Source: Octopus vulgaris
Lineage: Eukaryota
Length of the DNA: 64,000 nucleotides
Assembly: GCA_951406725.2 (NCBI GenBank)
Contig: OX597816.1
Location: 109,988,001 to 110,052,000, forward strand
Direction: 5' to 3'
The translations under genes and the position numbers were made by a program. Below the pieces are notes generated by a model. The model made no database searches. It saw nothing but the letters and a program-made list of their open reading frames with translations, and was not told the DNA's origin. This document shows positions 1-13,416 of the stretch, one piece after another. Within the stretch, counting starts at the first letter, position 1. Each line of letters starts with the position of its first letter.

Positions 1-13
1 GAGTAACTTAAGT

Positions 14-130
14 CACACACACACACATACACACACACACACACACACATATATATATGTGCGTGCGTGTGTGTTAGTGTCTATATCTATCCATATGTAT
101 GTATGCATATATATATGTTTGTGTGTGTGT
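14..130. repeat. Compound (CA)n/(TA)n/(TG)n microsatellites
   Basis: Visible dinucleotide runs. Confidence 0.9.
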
Positions 131-834
131 GTTTGCTTCCATATGTGATATATGTGAGGTGTTTATATGTGTGGTGTTTATTTTTGTGTATTTAAACTTG
201 TGTAACACACATGCACTAGGGAAGTGTTTCTACATCTAAATTCGAAATAATTTCTCAAAATCATTTTAGTCATTAAAAAAGCACGAAAACTGTTACGTTC
301 TCTTTCGTTTATTTTCCAGTTGTATTCAATAGATTTAAGACATTTCGTAAAAGTTACAGTAGCAACATTTAAGTGTTCTTTAATGACTGAAAATTTCTCT
401 TCCGTTATAATTATTTGTAAATTACTAGCTCGAAATAATGAACATAGAAAATAATTTAGAGCCCACAGTTGTGTGAACGTAGCTAAGAATGTCGGCTAAA
501 TTTCTAGTCGCCAATACGTAAGGTTGATTCGCGATTTATGGAAAATATTCGTCCCTTCCAGAAAAAGAAAACAAATGCCTAGGGAATGAAACCAAAATTC
601 AAGAATGGGTTGGAACTGAATACTAATGGAAATAAGAAAATTTCAAAATATTCCATTTACTACATCTCATAACCACATCCCATAACTACAATGGAAAGAG
701 AACTACATAGGTCAAACAGGCGCTAAATAATACAGTAGTATTATTTTCCAGCTAAATAGAGCACCGTGAAGGTAGAATTATAAATAGGAAATATTGTATT
801 GAAAATAATACTACTGTATTGTAATAACATTTAT

Positions 835-835
835 A

Positions 836-895
<60 letters not shown>
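835..895. repeat. (TA)n microsatellite
   Basis: Pure TA run. Confidence 0.95.
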
Positions 896-899
<4 letters not shown>

Positions 900-3709
900 G
901 TGTGTGTAAATACAATACCAAATAAAGTAGTCGGAGAGCTTCTTACAATAAGACAATTAAAAGATGAAACAACACGTTCATCTTCTCACTTTAATATTTT
1001 TCAGAAGGTTGACCTTGGTAAGTGATCTCTTTACTGTTTCTTTATTACATTAGTTTTTATGTCTTGTAATTTGTTAGGTGGTGGAATCTATTTCGGATGA
1101 CATATCAGGAAATGTTTGCCAGTCGGCCAATAATCTGAAAAACTCTATGCTTATAATATTTCTCACTGTCGCTGCTTTAGAATATTTGAGAACATCATTA
1201 ATATTAACGACCAGATTCTGTTTACTCTAAATATGTATCAATATCTGATATCAAATAATTTTGAACAGGTTTCAGACATAATTCCTTTCTAAATTATTAA
1301 TTACTACGTTGAATACTTTATTGGAAATTTCATTGGAATAACAATTTTGAAAATTTGACAAATAAATAATGGTTATTGGGAGAGTAATTTCATTTTCTAT
1401 GATATTCTATTGATTACTTCTCTGTGGCATCAATATTTCTCTTATGTAATAGTATTCTTAATCGACATTCTGTATTTACATTCATGAATGCACAAATATT
1501 TATACGCTCAAATACTCGCATATTTTTTTTTATCACTGATCTTCAGAATTTCATAGCAACTCAAGACATTTAGCCATACAATGATAACAATATATAGTAC
1601 ATAATTTAGTTTTGGCTAAAATATTCTAGATATATTACATTGTATTACATTCTGTCATCTGATGTTAATAAGAAAAAAACATCAATAACAATATATAATA
1701 ATTGCTCTGTCTTTATTCTGCATCTTCAAAGAAGACAAAATGGAACATTGCCCAGTTAAGGAACCTTTGTTGTTATCGTGACCTGGTAGAAATAATAAAT
1801 ATATATCCTTCAAAACACATCCTACCATTTGAAAAAATAAATATACATCCAGTTGCAGTGAGGTTGTGCAAATTTAAACATAGAGAATATATTGACCATG
1901 GATAATGTGCAATGATGAGGATAAAACAGCTTAGCTTCTGGTGACATCTATCTTGAGTAATATCATAGTCATAATATATAAATAAAATTTGTTTAGATAA
2001 TTTCCTACTCAGTTTGTTAAATGTAACGCCGTTCGTTACATGTTTCTCACGGATAGATCAATGTTTCAACGCATTTAAGAAGCAGAGTGAGAAATTAGTG
2101 CGTACTATAAAAATATAAAAGAATATCGTGCGCAATGCAGTGGGGTTTCAAATGTCTCGTTAAGGTTCAATTCCTTTGGTGATTCTACTGAATATTACTC
2201 TCACAGACGAACATAGAGATACACATTTATACATTCATATATATTTATACCCACACACACACATATTATATATATGTATGTGTTCTATGTATATATGAGA
2301 TAAACTTACGTTATTTAATACTTGTGAAACCTATGCTTTTGAAAGTAAGCGCGTGAAGACATTATTACTCTGTTTTATTTTTGGTTTATTTATATTTGTT
2401 TAATTCCACGGGTAGTCATTTGAAACTGAAGAACAACTAATGTTAATTGGCAATTTCAATATTCAATCTTTTGGATTGCATTTCGTACAGATTTGGTTGG
2501 GATTGCTTTTTAGTAAATTTAAGTACACAGGAACACCGCTATCGTTGTTTCTGTTGTGACATTTCGTTTTCGTTTTTTTATGTTCATTTCTTTGATAGTT
2601 AATTACACAACGTTCTAACTGAATGCTATGTAGAATTAATTATTTACATTTCGTAGAATATTTTCAGCATTAAATTTTAGACTTTCAAATGTCACGAAAA
2701 TCGATTTCTCTTAAAATTGATGTTTAATATATCAAATAAATTTCAACATGGAAATAGTTCAACTGAATCTGTGACACACTTAAATAGACGAAGCATTTAT
2801 TAAGACAATTAAATACTCTGATGACAAATCTACAGATATATATATATATATTTGTGTGTGTGTGTATGTATGCTTGCGTATGTGTGTATGTATGTATGCT
2901 TGCGTGTGTGCGTATGTAACGAAGGTGCGTGATAATTTTTGAACACAAATTTCGTATTCATGTCAAATTATGACCAGTGATCAATTTTTTTTATTGTTAG
3001 GAGTATTAAAATACTGTTTAAAATGTGTCACCACTCAAACATTTCCAGTGTAAGCATTTATATATATAATCCATAATATAAACCACAACCAATATGTATA
3101 TATGAATGAATATAAAAAATAGAAGTTGCATTAGCTTCCTCTAATAATATGAAAACTTTGTGATATTTTTAAGACTTAAGTTTGCTTTGTGTGAACCACA
3201 ATATTAAATCAACAGCCTTGTTGATATACAACTGATTGTAATGGATTCAATGAGAAGTCAGTTGTACAGTGTATCACATATTTTTTATTTCTGGTGTATT
3301 TAAAATTCTTTTTTGTTTACAATTGACAATTGTATCTTAAATGATGTTATATTTTGCGCTATAAAAATGTACCTTTTCTGGAGCAATTAATGCAAGAGAT
3401 AAGCGTTCTGTGCGGCACGAAAACTTGAAAACTTGTTAATACTATCATCTTAAGAATTAGAGTTAATTGGAGGTAGAGAGGTAGTTAGCCAATTTCTGTA
3501 CACCTAAATGAATACATATGTTAAAATCATCTTTTTCGTTATTGTACTTGTGGTCAGCCTTAAGCTTGTTGTTAGCCTTTATTCGAAAAATTTATATCAG
3601 CTTCAAAATCCACTGTCACATGCATTAACTTTTCTACGTTATGGAAAACATCTGTGCTAATACTTCTATATATATCAAAATGATAAGGGATCATAATATT
3701 AAGAATTAC

Positions 3710-4070
3710 AACGTGCAGTCCAGAAGGTTGCAGGCATTTTCAGGAGCGATAACTTTAATGTTGAAGTAGTATCAAATTCTAATCTCTTTCACTGGAAGAT
3801 CCTCTGATTTGGATGTTCTTGCTGTAGCCTTCAATCACTTTGTGAAGGTCTTACGGAAGTCCTACAAACTGAAGGTTTCCAGGACCCTTGTCACAGCCGC
3901 GTATATATTTTCAAAATGACTATCCTTCATGTTCAGCTTGGGGAACAACCAAAAGTCACAGGAAATAAAATCTGGGTAGTAGAACCATTGAGGAACAGTT
4001 TCGATGCTCGTTTCTGTCAGAAAGATGTAGTTAGTTATCAGAATGTTCGTAACTGAGGACCCCGATAACA
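3710..4070 (-). mobile_element. Mariner (Tc1/mariner) transposase 3' remnant
   Basis: ORF 3862-4071 reads YYPDFISCDFWLFPKLNMKDSHFENIYAAVTRVL, resembling the mariner YSPDLAPCDFWLFPKLK motif; boundaries approximate. Confidence 0.75.
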
Positions 4071-4289
4071 ATCTCTTTTCTCATAGAACACATTAACCAC
4101 TATATTAATAAGTCCAAATGTTGTGATCTTTGCCTGTCGAAGAAATGTGACAGCCAAATACGCCCTTTCGAGTCTCAACAAAATATTGGAATTTGGGAAT
4201 TCTTCCAAACACAGACATTCATATTTATTGAGATATGTCTAAAAAGAAATCGGCGAAAATATTTTATTCATTATATAGCAGATACTTGT

Positions 4290-4930
4290 CCAGGGCATCG
4301 GAATGTCCACAGATGGTGGATAGAGGAACAGCTTCAAGATATGGAGGTTAGCTACGAATAGGCAAATAAGCAGCCGCGGACCATAGATGCCAAGCCGGCA
4401 GAAGTGGCTGGAAGTGATACTCACCACATTCACTTCCTATATTGGGTCTGTGGTTGGTTAGGCTCGCTACATAAAAACTGAAACCTCTCGTGGTACCCAT
4501 GCCCTGTGGTTCGAAAGGATGCAAGGCTACAGAAGCACACATCAAACGAAAAAGCAACCAATGGCTTACTTGCCTAGCCAGCGGAGTGGCATCAATTTAC
4601 GGCTAAAACAGCATCAGGAAATGGGCTTCACTACCCTGCTCATCAATCGTACCACTCACTGCGGCGGCGTGTAATCCGAGCGACGAGAGGCTACTGAGAA
4701 TCAAAGGCTGCTAGAAGCCGCCAAGGAAACTGACAAAACTTGCAATATACACCTACAACTACAGGTCTTTGGCAAGCAGGACCGGCTTGGACCACTTGAT
4801 AGAGGGAAGAAGATAACCAATTGCAGCAGGCTCGAGCTTTGCGAGACACGTCAACAAAAATGGTCGAACGGAAACGTCTTGAGACTGTAGATCCCAGCTG
4901 GTGTACGTTTGCTGATCAGCAAGGAATTGG
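4290..4930 (+). mobile_element. RTE-clade LINE 5' remnant (5'UTR and start of APE endonuclease)
   Basis: GC-richer block; from ~4737 it translates as KLAIYTYNYRSLASRTGLDHLIE and, after a frameshift, LELCETRQ, matching APE motifs T(Y/W)NxRxL and GLxETR. Confidence 0.6.
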
Positions 4931-5081
4931 CTGAGATCATATCTTGCCACTTAATTATTTCTACACGAATAGGTATGCTGGATGTCCAAATCTCGAAGAA
5001 AGCGACATTGAAGATCATTCAGACGTATGCTTCTACTAGTGCAAGGTTGTAAATGATAAAATAATTTTATAAAAAGCATTT

Positions 5082-5117
5082 CAGTACCGGTTTCACTCAT
5101 TGAGACTTTTTCAACTC
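5082..5117 (-). ncRNA. Hammerhead ribozyme-like motif, U3-A8 core variant
   Basis: Minus strand gag TTGAAAA agtctc aat gagt GAAAC CG GTA ctg; weak stem I. Confidence 0.4.
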
Positions 5118-5279
5118 TAAGTATGGAAAACAATTGAATTTTGGAAAAATTAAATGAACAGTACTTTAAAAGAATAATTGCATAGCATTTAAATAGAAGC
5201 GGCATTTTCTTTGTTTCTGCCTGTCTCTGTCTCTCTTTTGTACTCTCGTGATTTCGAGGTCGTTGTGAATTATTGGTAG

Positions 5280-5306
5280 GGAAGAAGAAGAATAATCATA
5301 ATAATA

Positions 5307-5379
<73 letters not shown>

Positions 5380-5470
5380 TAATAAAAAGAAGAAGAAGAA
5401 GAAGAAGAAGAAGAAGAAGAAGAAGAAGAAGAAGAAGAAGAAGAAGAAGAAGAAGAAGAAGAAGAAGAAG
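5280..5470. repeat. Compound (AAT)n(AAG)n microsatellite
   Basis: Trinucleotide runs; source of the poly-N/K and poly-I/L ORFs. Confidence 0.95.
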
Positions 5471-6151
5471 ATATTGTTTGGAGTCCGTGCGCTTATAGTA
5501 TATATCTGTTTCTATTACGTTGTTAGATTTCTTAATGAGGGTGTCGAGGAAGGAAGCTTGTTGATGGCTATATTCCATCGTGAAATGAATGTTCACGTCA
5601 AGTCCATTTATAAGTGCTTGGAATTCTTTAAGTCGCTCCATACTTTCATGTCAAAAATGAAATAATCATCTAGGTATCTCTAGGTATTTTCTATGTAGCG
5701 GGCGAATGGGCTGCCGTATTATTTTTCTAGAACCTTATAATAAAGACTGATTTTTAGATATCCCATGACTAGGTTAGCAAAGGAGGGGGCCATTCTTGTA
5801 CCCATCGCGGTCTCCGATTTTTGTCGATAGAAATTGTCTCAGTAGTTTTCTCCAAGATAAATTTTAGCTCTTCTATCTCAAATTCTTTTTTGGTGCGATG
5901 TGAGAGTTCGTTGGCGTAATGCTCTAACCAGAATTGAATATTGCCCCTATTCCTAGGGTGTGGGGTATATGGGAATAGAAGTTGGCTACATCGAAGGATA
6001 CTAGTTGTTGTTCATTGTTTTAGGAAGGTGATTGAGTTTATGCGGATCGTCCTTTAAGTAGCTTTTGACATGCTTGAGGAATGGTTTTAAGAGGGCATCT
6101 AAAAATTATTATATATATAAAATATGTATGTACGTATACATATATATATAC

Positions 6152-6186
<35 letters not shown>

Positions 6187-6609
6187 CATGTGTGTATGTA
6201 TACGTATATAGATACATCATCATCAACATAAAATATACTGTGCAACAACACGCATTTATAAATAATTCTTTGTTAAAATTATCACTGGCTTTTCTTAGGT
6301 TCACGTTAGTATATTCTGAGACTATATTTCTGGATAAATTTGTAACTTCAATGACAAGTTCATATCATTGTTCTAATTATCTGTATCAGTAAGCTACGCT
6401 CCTCCTTTCTATTTCTGTAGATGGAATGAAGATTATGATGTTGATGAGCTGATATGGACTAACGACATTAGTCTAACTTTTACTTCATACCATTTTGCAG
6501 TTAGAACCGCTTGTATACTCGGTTTCTATCCTCCGAGCAATGATGCTAATTGCATCTTTATTAACCGTTCCTATTTAAATTATCACGAAAACGTTTCTTT
6601 ATATATGCT

Positions 6610-6612
<3 letters not shown>

Positions 6613-6687
<75 letters not shown>

Positions 6688-6715
6688 AAATGAGAGAGAG
6701 AGAGAACATGAGAGA
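6613..6715. repeat. (TA)n(GA)n microsatellite
   Basis: Visible runs. Confidence 0.95.
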
Positions 6716-7431
6716 GATATGTATTTGTGCAATGTATGTAATGTATACATACAATTTTCCTGTTTACATATCAGACGCTGTCGCTATAATTCAGAGTAAG
6801 ATTTAGGCTGCACAATTGACAGTATTCTTCTCTTAGATTCTACAAATGATAAATAATCGGAAGTTGTTTACAAATGAGAGCATGTTTACTATACCTGACA
6901 CTAGCTTTACGTCTTCAAAGAGAGTCTTATCACACTTCTAATATTGTAATGGTTATTGTATTTTTTTTTGTTTTACTTATATTGTTAAAGATGTTTCTGT
7001 TTATCTGATGCTTAGTCCAGATCTATTAGAATTGATGCTGTTAGCGTATTTTAGGGAAATGTAAAGCTACGATATATGTTGGTGTCTTTTGTTTTTCTAT
7101 CACTGATGCGAATTCTGTTTCCGTTGTCGAGTTCAGCTAGATCTAAATGTTCGGTGTTGTGTAACATCCAACGAACAAACACCTGACACTTAGGTACGTA
7201 ACATATATAAGAACAGTAGATATCATGCATTGGATTTATTTTGTCTTGCAGTTCTTAATCTAATAAAGTCCAGATATGTTGTGCTTTCTGTTCTGTTCAG
7301 TAGATATAAGATTTTTGTTTGTGATGTTATTGTTTAACACATCTGTAATCAAAATTACTTCAACCTTGTACATTCTATCGTATTAGATGCATGTAAGACT
7401 ATGTTAGTCTCTGTGTCCAGGACTCATATAA

Positions 7432-7820
7432 TAACCTTTTCTACTCTAGGCACAAGGCCCGAACTTTTGCGGGAGGAGGCCATTGGATTAGATCGAGCCA
7501 AGTACGCAACTGGTACTTAATTTATCGACCCCGAAAGGAAAAAATGTAAAGTCGACTGGGGCGAAATTTGAACTGAGAACGTAAATCAGACGAAATACCT
7601 ATTTCTTTATTACCCACAAGGGGCTAAACATAAAGGGAACAAACAAGGACAGGCATAGATATTAAGTCGATTACATCGCCCCAATGCGTAACTGGTACTT
7701 ATCCGAAAGGATGAAAGGCAGAGTCGACTTCGGCGAAATTTGAACTCACAACGTAACGGCAGACGAAATACCGCTAAGCATTTCGCCCGGCGTACTAACG
7801 TTTCTGCCAGCTCGCCGCCT
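7432..7820 (-). mobile_element. SINE family A (head GGCGGCGAGCTGGCAGAA), with internal duplication
   Basis: Minus-strand head with A-box-like TGGCAGAAACG and B-box-like GAGTTCAAAT; ~7490-7600 is repeated at ~7670-7770; homologous copies at 29790, 33940, 35545 and 35935. Confidence 0.8.
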
Positions 7821-8455
7821 TTGCGCTCATTTAATAACGTTACGTTATGGGCTTTGGAGATTTGGCCACTATTTCTAGTAGGTTAAATGATCAGGTGGTT
7901 CGTCTGCACATCAGTACGTCTGTAATTTTCTTGGTGTCTACCTGCATGGTGGGCATGTTGGGCTCTCAGAACGAGATCGTTGTTGCATTCCGCACATAAT
8001 GTTGATAGCTTCCTTATTTCGAAGCAATGTGTTTTATGTCTCTACTATTTCACTATCTATTCTTTAAGTTTCTGTACTGAACGAGGTAACGTTGTTGCAG
8101 TAGTGTTCTATGATGTTTCATGTGCGTCTGTCTGAGAGTGAATGGAACGAAGTGAATGGGACTGTGATGACAGGAACTCGCTGTAATAACAATATTCTCC
8201 TCACATATAAATCCTTAATTTTAGAATTTAGTTCCATCTATTGAGGGCTCTACTGTAGTTTGTTTATGATACACTGTAATGCGTTGGTGTGCCTTTGTAG
8301 TTTGTTGTATTTTTCTGGGGAGAAATCGGTAGCACAAGATCAACAGACCATAAACATCAATAGATAAAATGCCTGTCTGCATCAGAATTTTTTTTCATTA
8401 AGCAAACGTAATAATCTCAAGTGGTGATTTTTGCTCGTGCAGTATTATGCATCTA

Positions 8456-8457
<2 letters not shown>

Positions 8458-8491
<34 letters not shown>
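8458..8491. repeat. (TC)n microsatellite
   Basis: Visible run. Confidence 0.95.
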
Positions 8492-8493
<2 letters not shown>

Positions 8494-8999
8494 GTTCTGT
8501 CAATTCAATCAATTCATAGCTAGTTTTTAAAATGATTACCATGTTTAACTAGATTAAAGATGCTATCATAAATATACTATGAAATAAAGGGATCTCAGTG
8601 CGTGGCTGGCAGTTATTTTATGAAAGTTGAAAAAGTGAACTTTATGAGAAAAGAGTATAACTAAATAAATCGAGGTTCTTTTTCCCGTTGTCCTGCTAAT
8701 CCATCAACCATCTGTTGAATTATATACAGCCATGTCACTGAATATAGAATAAACAAATTGAAGGCATCGGTAACACGAAATTTGAGAACTAAAATGTTGG
8801 TACATGAAACACAAGAGAAACTACATACAGATTTATATGCATTGGTCTGTTGCTTTCATTTGCCGTCTCTGTTGTAATTCAATATAGCATGTAATTCAAT
8901 GTAATGTGATATAGAGAAGTCATATGCAAAAATGACATTAGGTCCATAACAGAAGTAGAAAAATACATATATATTTACTTGAAATATGTCTTCATTTCC

Positions 9000-9850
9000 C
9001 TCTTTGAAATGCAAAAATTTATATATTTTGATAGGGCTTCTGCATATATCTTTCCAAAGGTCATTCAACGGATTTCGTAAAGAAAACGATTGGGGAAATA
9101 AAATTATTAGTGGGCTACAGATTACATATATAGGAGGTGATGTATTCCAAATTATACCTAACTCCGGCAATCAGATTCACTATTTTCGCACAGCGCCAAC
9201 ATACAAATTATATAATACTCGTGATCGCGGTTGACGTGAAGAATGTTTACAGGATACAGATGTGGCAGCCACCTGTGATGTCAAGTCTTTCAATATAATC
9301 GCACAAGCTATTTTGGGAAATTAAGAGGAAGTGAATAAAATTGCGTCGCTCGTGTGCGAGTGGGATGATATTTCTAACTCCAAATAGAACCACGCCTCAA
9401 GTAGCATAAATTGGTGCTCACACCACTCGGAAATTGAGTGACACTTCTATGCTGGCTACCGTATGTTGCTTGATCGTACGTCTGGCTAAAATACTTGGGT
9501 CATCGTTTGGGCCAATGCATTCCAGTGTATCGTGTATGGCCTGGGCAGGGTAGCCATTATCATCCAAAATTGGGATTAAAGGTCAATGAAAGATCGGACA
9601 GGGTAAGTGAAACCTACATCACATCCGTTATTTTACACTATCTTAGCTTCATCACTTCCTCTAATTTGCTCCTGGGCCGATACGCTTATCTGTTCTTACA
9701 CATTTTATGGATAGTCGGGTTTTTACTCCACAGGTACTGCTAAAAGTTTCTATTTGATGGAAGTCGATATACTTCCGTTGTAAGTGCATAGGTTATTGGA
9801 CGGGGAACATGTGGCTTCAAATGACAGCCGGTTTTTGTCACTGTTCGTCA
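9000..9850 (-). mobile_element. Old Penelope-like remnant (RT thumb/linker, possible GIY-YIG start)
   Basis: Across frameshifts: GSISTSI..QYLWSKNPTIHK (~9700-9780), LIPILDDNGYPAQAI (~9535-9580), SII*FVCWRC (~9190-9220). Confidence 0.5.
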
Positions 9851-9899
9851 TCTCTTTCACAGGCTTGCAGTCCGGGATCGGACGAAAGACAGATTTAGG

Positions 9900-10330
9900 C
9901 GTCTAGCACCTGGAATACTATGAGGCAAGCGCAGTCTTCTGTCGGTTGGATAGCACAATATGAATATATTATCCTTTACATTCTGTGAAAGAGTAGACTT
10001 GGGTTTGGGAAATAGTGTTTGTGACGGTATTCGGTCCACACAGGATTATAAAGTTACTGGTAGATCTGTAGAAATACAAATGTCCCAGTTCAGAATTCCT
10101 TCCAGAACTCCTTGCTACAACACGGCTATCAAGTGGTTGAGGCTCATCAGTTCAGGTTAAATTCTAGAGGCATGAAAATGCAGAAATGCTCGCTGGTCAA
10201 AGAGACTGTCTTCATTCACTCGTTCAATGATGGTCATTGCTTATCTGCAAAGTTATATCGAGAAGCAATTAAAAAAATTCTCGGTGAAAAACCTCTGGCC
10301 GACAAAATCAGACAGCTTTACATACCCTGA
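9900..10330 (+). mobile_element. Possible PLE GIY-YIG C-terminal remnant, opposite orientation to the neighbouring piece
   Basis: LQHGYQVVEAHQFRLNSR...KETVFIH..CLSAK loosely fits the PLE HxxxxxHx..FxIL..EAxxI..LCxQK pattern. Confidence 0.3.
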
Positions 10331-10599
10331 TAACTACAGGGAAAGAGAGTACGCGTGAAGTGATTTCTGTCGATATTTTTACTAATACACGTGTGGAAAT
10401 TTACGAGTGTCACTGTAGATTTATGCAGTTACACTCAGGTGTCTCTCATCGTATGAATTGCATCTCTCTATATTTCATCTCCCGTGGCTTTACTGTTATT
10501 TATGTCGTGTTTTATCGAACACTCAGGGCATTAGGACCTCTACCATCTTGCGATTTATCCCTGTAATATTCCTTCGTCTTTCTTAATTCTGGCTAAATA

Positions 10600-11340
10600 A
10601 AGAAATGGTTATCATTATTATAGCTAAATGAGATGACGATGTCGTTATTGATGTTACTTTTAGTACTCTTGTTACTTGTAGTGCTCTAGTACTCGGGCTA
10701 TTGTAGTTACAGCTGTTTTAGTCCTTAAAATAGAACTTTACTTCATATTTTTGTTACCGTAAAAGCAGCTACCATTATATTGTAATGGTCATTGTAGTTG
10801 TTAAGTTTTCTTTTCTTGCTCCCGTTCTATTTAAGGATGATATCGTTATTTCAATTTTTTTTATTTGCATTCTTATTCTTTCTTTTAGAGGTATTCGTTT
10901 TTCAGTGCTAACGGTGATGCTGATGCCATTCATTTTCTTGTTACTCTGTTTATTATTAAATATGTTGAGATTGTTTCCTATTTATTTATTATATTTTTAA
11001 AAAAATCAAGTGTTGTTTTGTTGATAAGATTGTTAGTATTTTTAAAAATATTATTTTATTATTATTCATTTGTTGTGAATTAATGCTTTACTTTTTATGT
11101 TAATATTGGAATTCTTGTTGTTGTAGTTGTAACTCTTAATGGTTCTGTTATTGTTAGTGTTAATGGTATTGCAATATTTTATGTTGATGGTGTCAATCAA
11201 TTTGTTTTTGTTGTTGTTTTATGACTATTATTGATTATTCACAGTACTGTTATTATTGGTGTCATAATTGTTACTATTGTGGTTGTTGCTCCTGCTATCC
11301 TACTGCTCATCTTCTATTAAATAGCAGCAGCAGCATATTC
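10600..11340. repeat. Degenerate (RTT)n low-complexity tract
   Basis: Strong ATT/GTT periodicity and T skew. Confidence 0.6.
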
Positions 11341-11450
11341 TAGTTCTACCCAGCTTATCTTCATGAGACATATGCTGCCATTACCAATGTGCAAAGTATC
11401 TATATCATATATATATAAATACATACAGGCATACATATATATACTACATG

Positions 11451-11488
<38 letters not shown>

Positions 11489-11943
11489 AGAAGAATATAT
11501 AAATATATATATGTACATGAGTAGGTAAGAGCAAGTATGTGTGCGTAGATATATTAGAAAACACACACACCTTCGCAAATACAAACACACATATATGCCT
11601 ACATGTATTGTGTATGCATAGAGCAAGACACGTTAGTTAAGTGATGCATCACTTCTTTTTAATTTATGATGTAATTAACTGTGTATCGATTTATGTGTTA
11701 TCGCAATATTTTATTCCAATATATTGATGTAGTGTGGCCGTTCAGTCAATGGCAAATACTTGCAGACATTTGCTTAGTGTTGGGTCCAATGGTTTAGATT
11801 TCATTTCAGCCTTCGAATCTGTCACTATGGTGATATACAATATATTCACGTTGTCATCATGGTACCTACCTCTCTCTCTGTCTCATTTTTCTCCAAGACC
11901 TTTACACTCCGAACAGACAGATGCGCGCGCGTATACGCAGATT

Positions 11944-11980
<37 letters not shown>

Positions 11981-13416
11981 GCTACCTCTCTATATATCAT
12001 ATATGTATACATTTCTATGTTTTTCATATATGTATACACATGCATGCGCATATATACATATATATATACATACAAACATACATGCATAAACACATATCTA
12101 TTTTATATTCGATTTGCCAGACTGTTCTATGTTGGTGGTGATTATTTTTCCAAGATAAAAACACATTCTAACTCTATTTCGCTTCTGTTTATGTTTATTA
12201 ATCGACTACTTAACTAACGAAGCAATTAATCATTTGCTGCATTAATCGTTTGATCAATTAAAATATCAGTTGGTTTTTGAGAGCTGTTTCGTTGCCATGC
12301 ACGACCTCATTATTACTGTGCCTTAATTGCATGAGGTCTCTTGTTAAGTATAGAAATTGGATAATTTAAGTTCTGTTTTTCTATTTATAATTTTTAGTAA
12401 GTGTGTAATTGGGAGGGATTGAGGGTATGAGCATTAGTGTATGACTACATGTGTGTTTCGATAGATATGGAGATATATTTCTGTTGTTCGAACTTTAAAT
12501 GTGTCTGTATATCATCTGTGCACGTGTATACGCTCGTGGTTTGTGTGAGCGCGCCAATGTGCGTGGTTGTATAGGAGCGTGCTTGGAACGTAAAAATGCT
12601 AATGTCGTATTTCGTTATTGGGTAACAACTTCTTTCAAACTAATATGCGTTCAACACGTGGGGGTTAGGGTTTTAGAGTCACCAGAGTTTCGACCCTTGT
12701 ATTATTCCTCAACGAAAACTACCCTATATCAATCGAGCTAATATGGGATTTTGGCTCACGTTTATAGTAACCTTTTTCCAATGACAAAATACAACAGTGA
12801 TTAGCATATTGACGTTCGAAACTAGTAGAACGTATAAAGAATTAATATACGCATAATCGTTTTTATTCGTACTGTTTATCAAGAATATGACGATATTAGC
12901 AGATATTACCGCACATTAGCAAACAGATAATTTGCTAATTCCTATAAACAAAGGAGCAAAATCTCTCGTTGAATTCATTGGTACTGTGTAGAACTAACTG
13001 ATGAAACGCTCAACAAGCTCTTACTCCAAGGAATCGAGTGATTTATGAAAACTTTTCGTCTGAAAGATGTTATATAATAAATACCACAGTGCACAATAAT
13101 TATTGCAGCCTCAGTTTTAGTGACAGACGTCATTTATTTAGGAAGTTGATATTATAAAATGGTAAATCATCCAAAATGTGCCACTGTATTATTCAGAATT
13201 GCATAATGTAGCATAATCATTAGTTAGTTAACTTTCAATACGCCATCTAAATTCCACCAGATCAGGCTAACTTTCTTTGTATGTCGAAAAACTAGATAAT
13301 TTCTTAAATTCAGGCAAGATGAAAATCTTCAGCTTTTGGGTAGTAGACAAGTCAGATGTAGTGCTACATCCCAATTTATGCCATTCACTTTGCGGCTATA
13401 CTGAAATTTATGAACC

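Larger units (their letters stand above)
4950..6070 (-). mobile_element. Penelope-like element, degenerate reverse transcriptase plus 3' end
   Basis: Minus-strand motifs LVSFDVANFYSHIPH (~5960-6005), FYRQKSETAMGTRMAPSFANLVMG (~5760-5835), RYLDD (~5665-5680) and IHFTMEYS..FLDTLI..TDIYYKRTDSKQYL (5470-5590). Confidence 0.9.

Noticed and set aside
8986-9234. GLQITYIGGDVFQIIP resembling a Helitron/PIF1 helicase motif
   Set aside because: No other helicase motifs in order; minus-strand PLE motifs explain the region better.
12995-13062. CTGATGA...GAAAAC..GTC possible hammerhead
   Set aside because: No stem I complementarity and irregular spacing.
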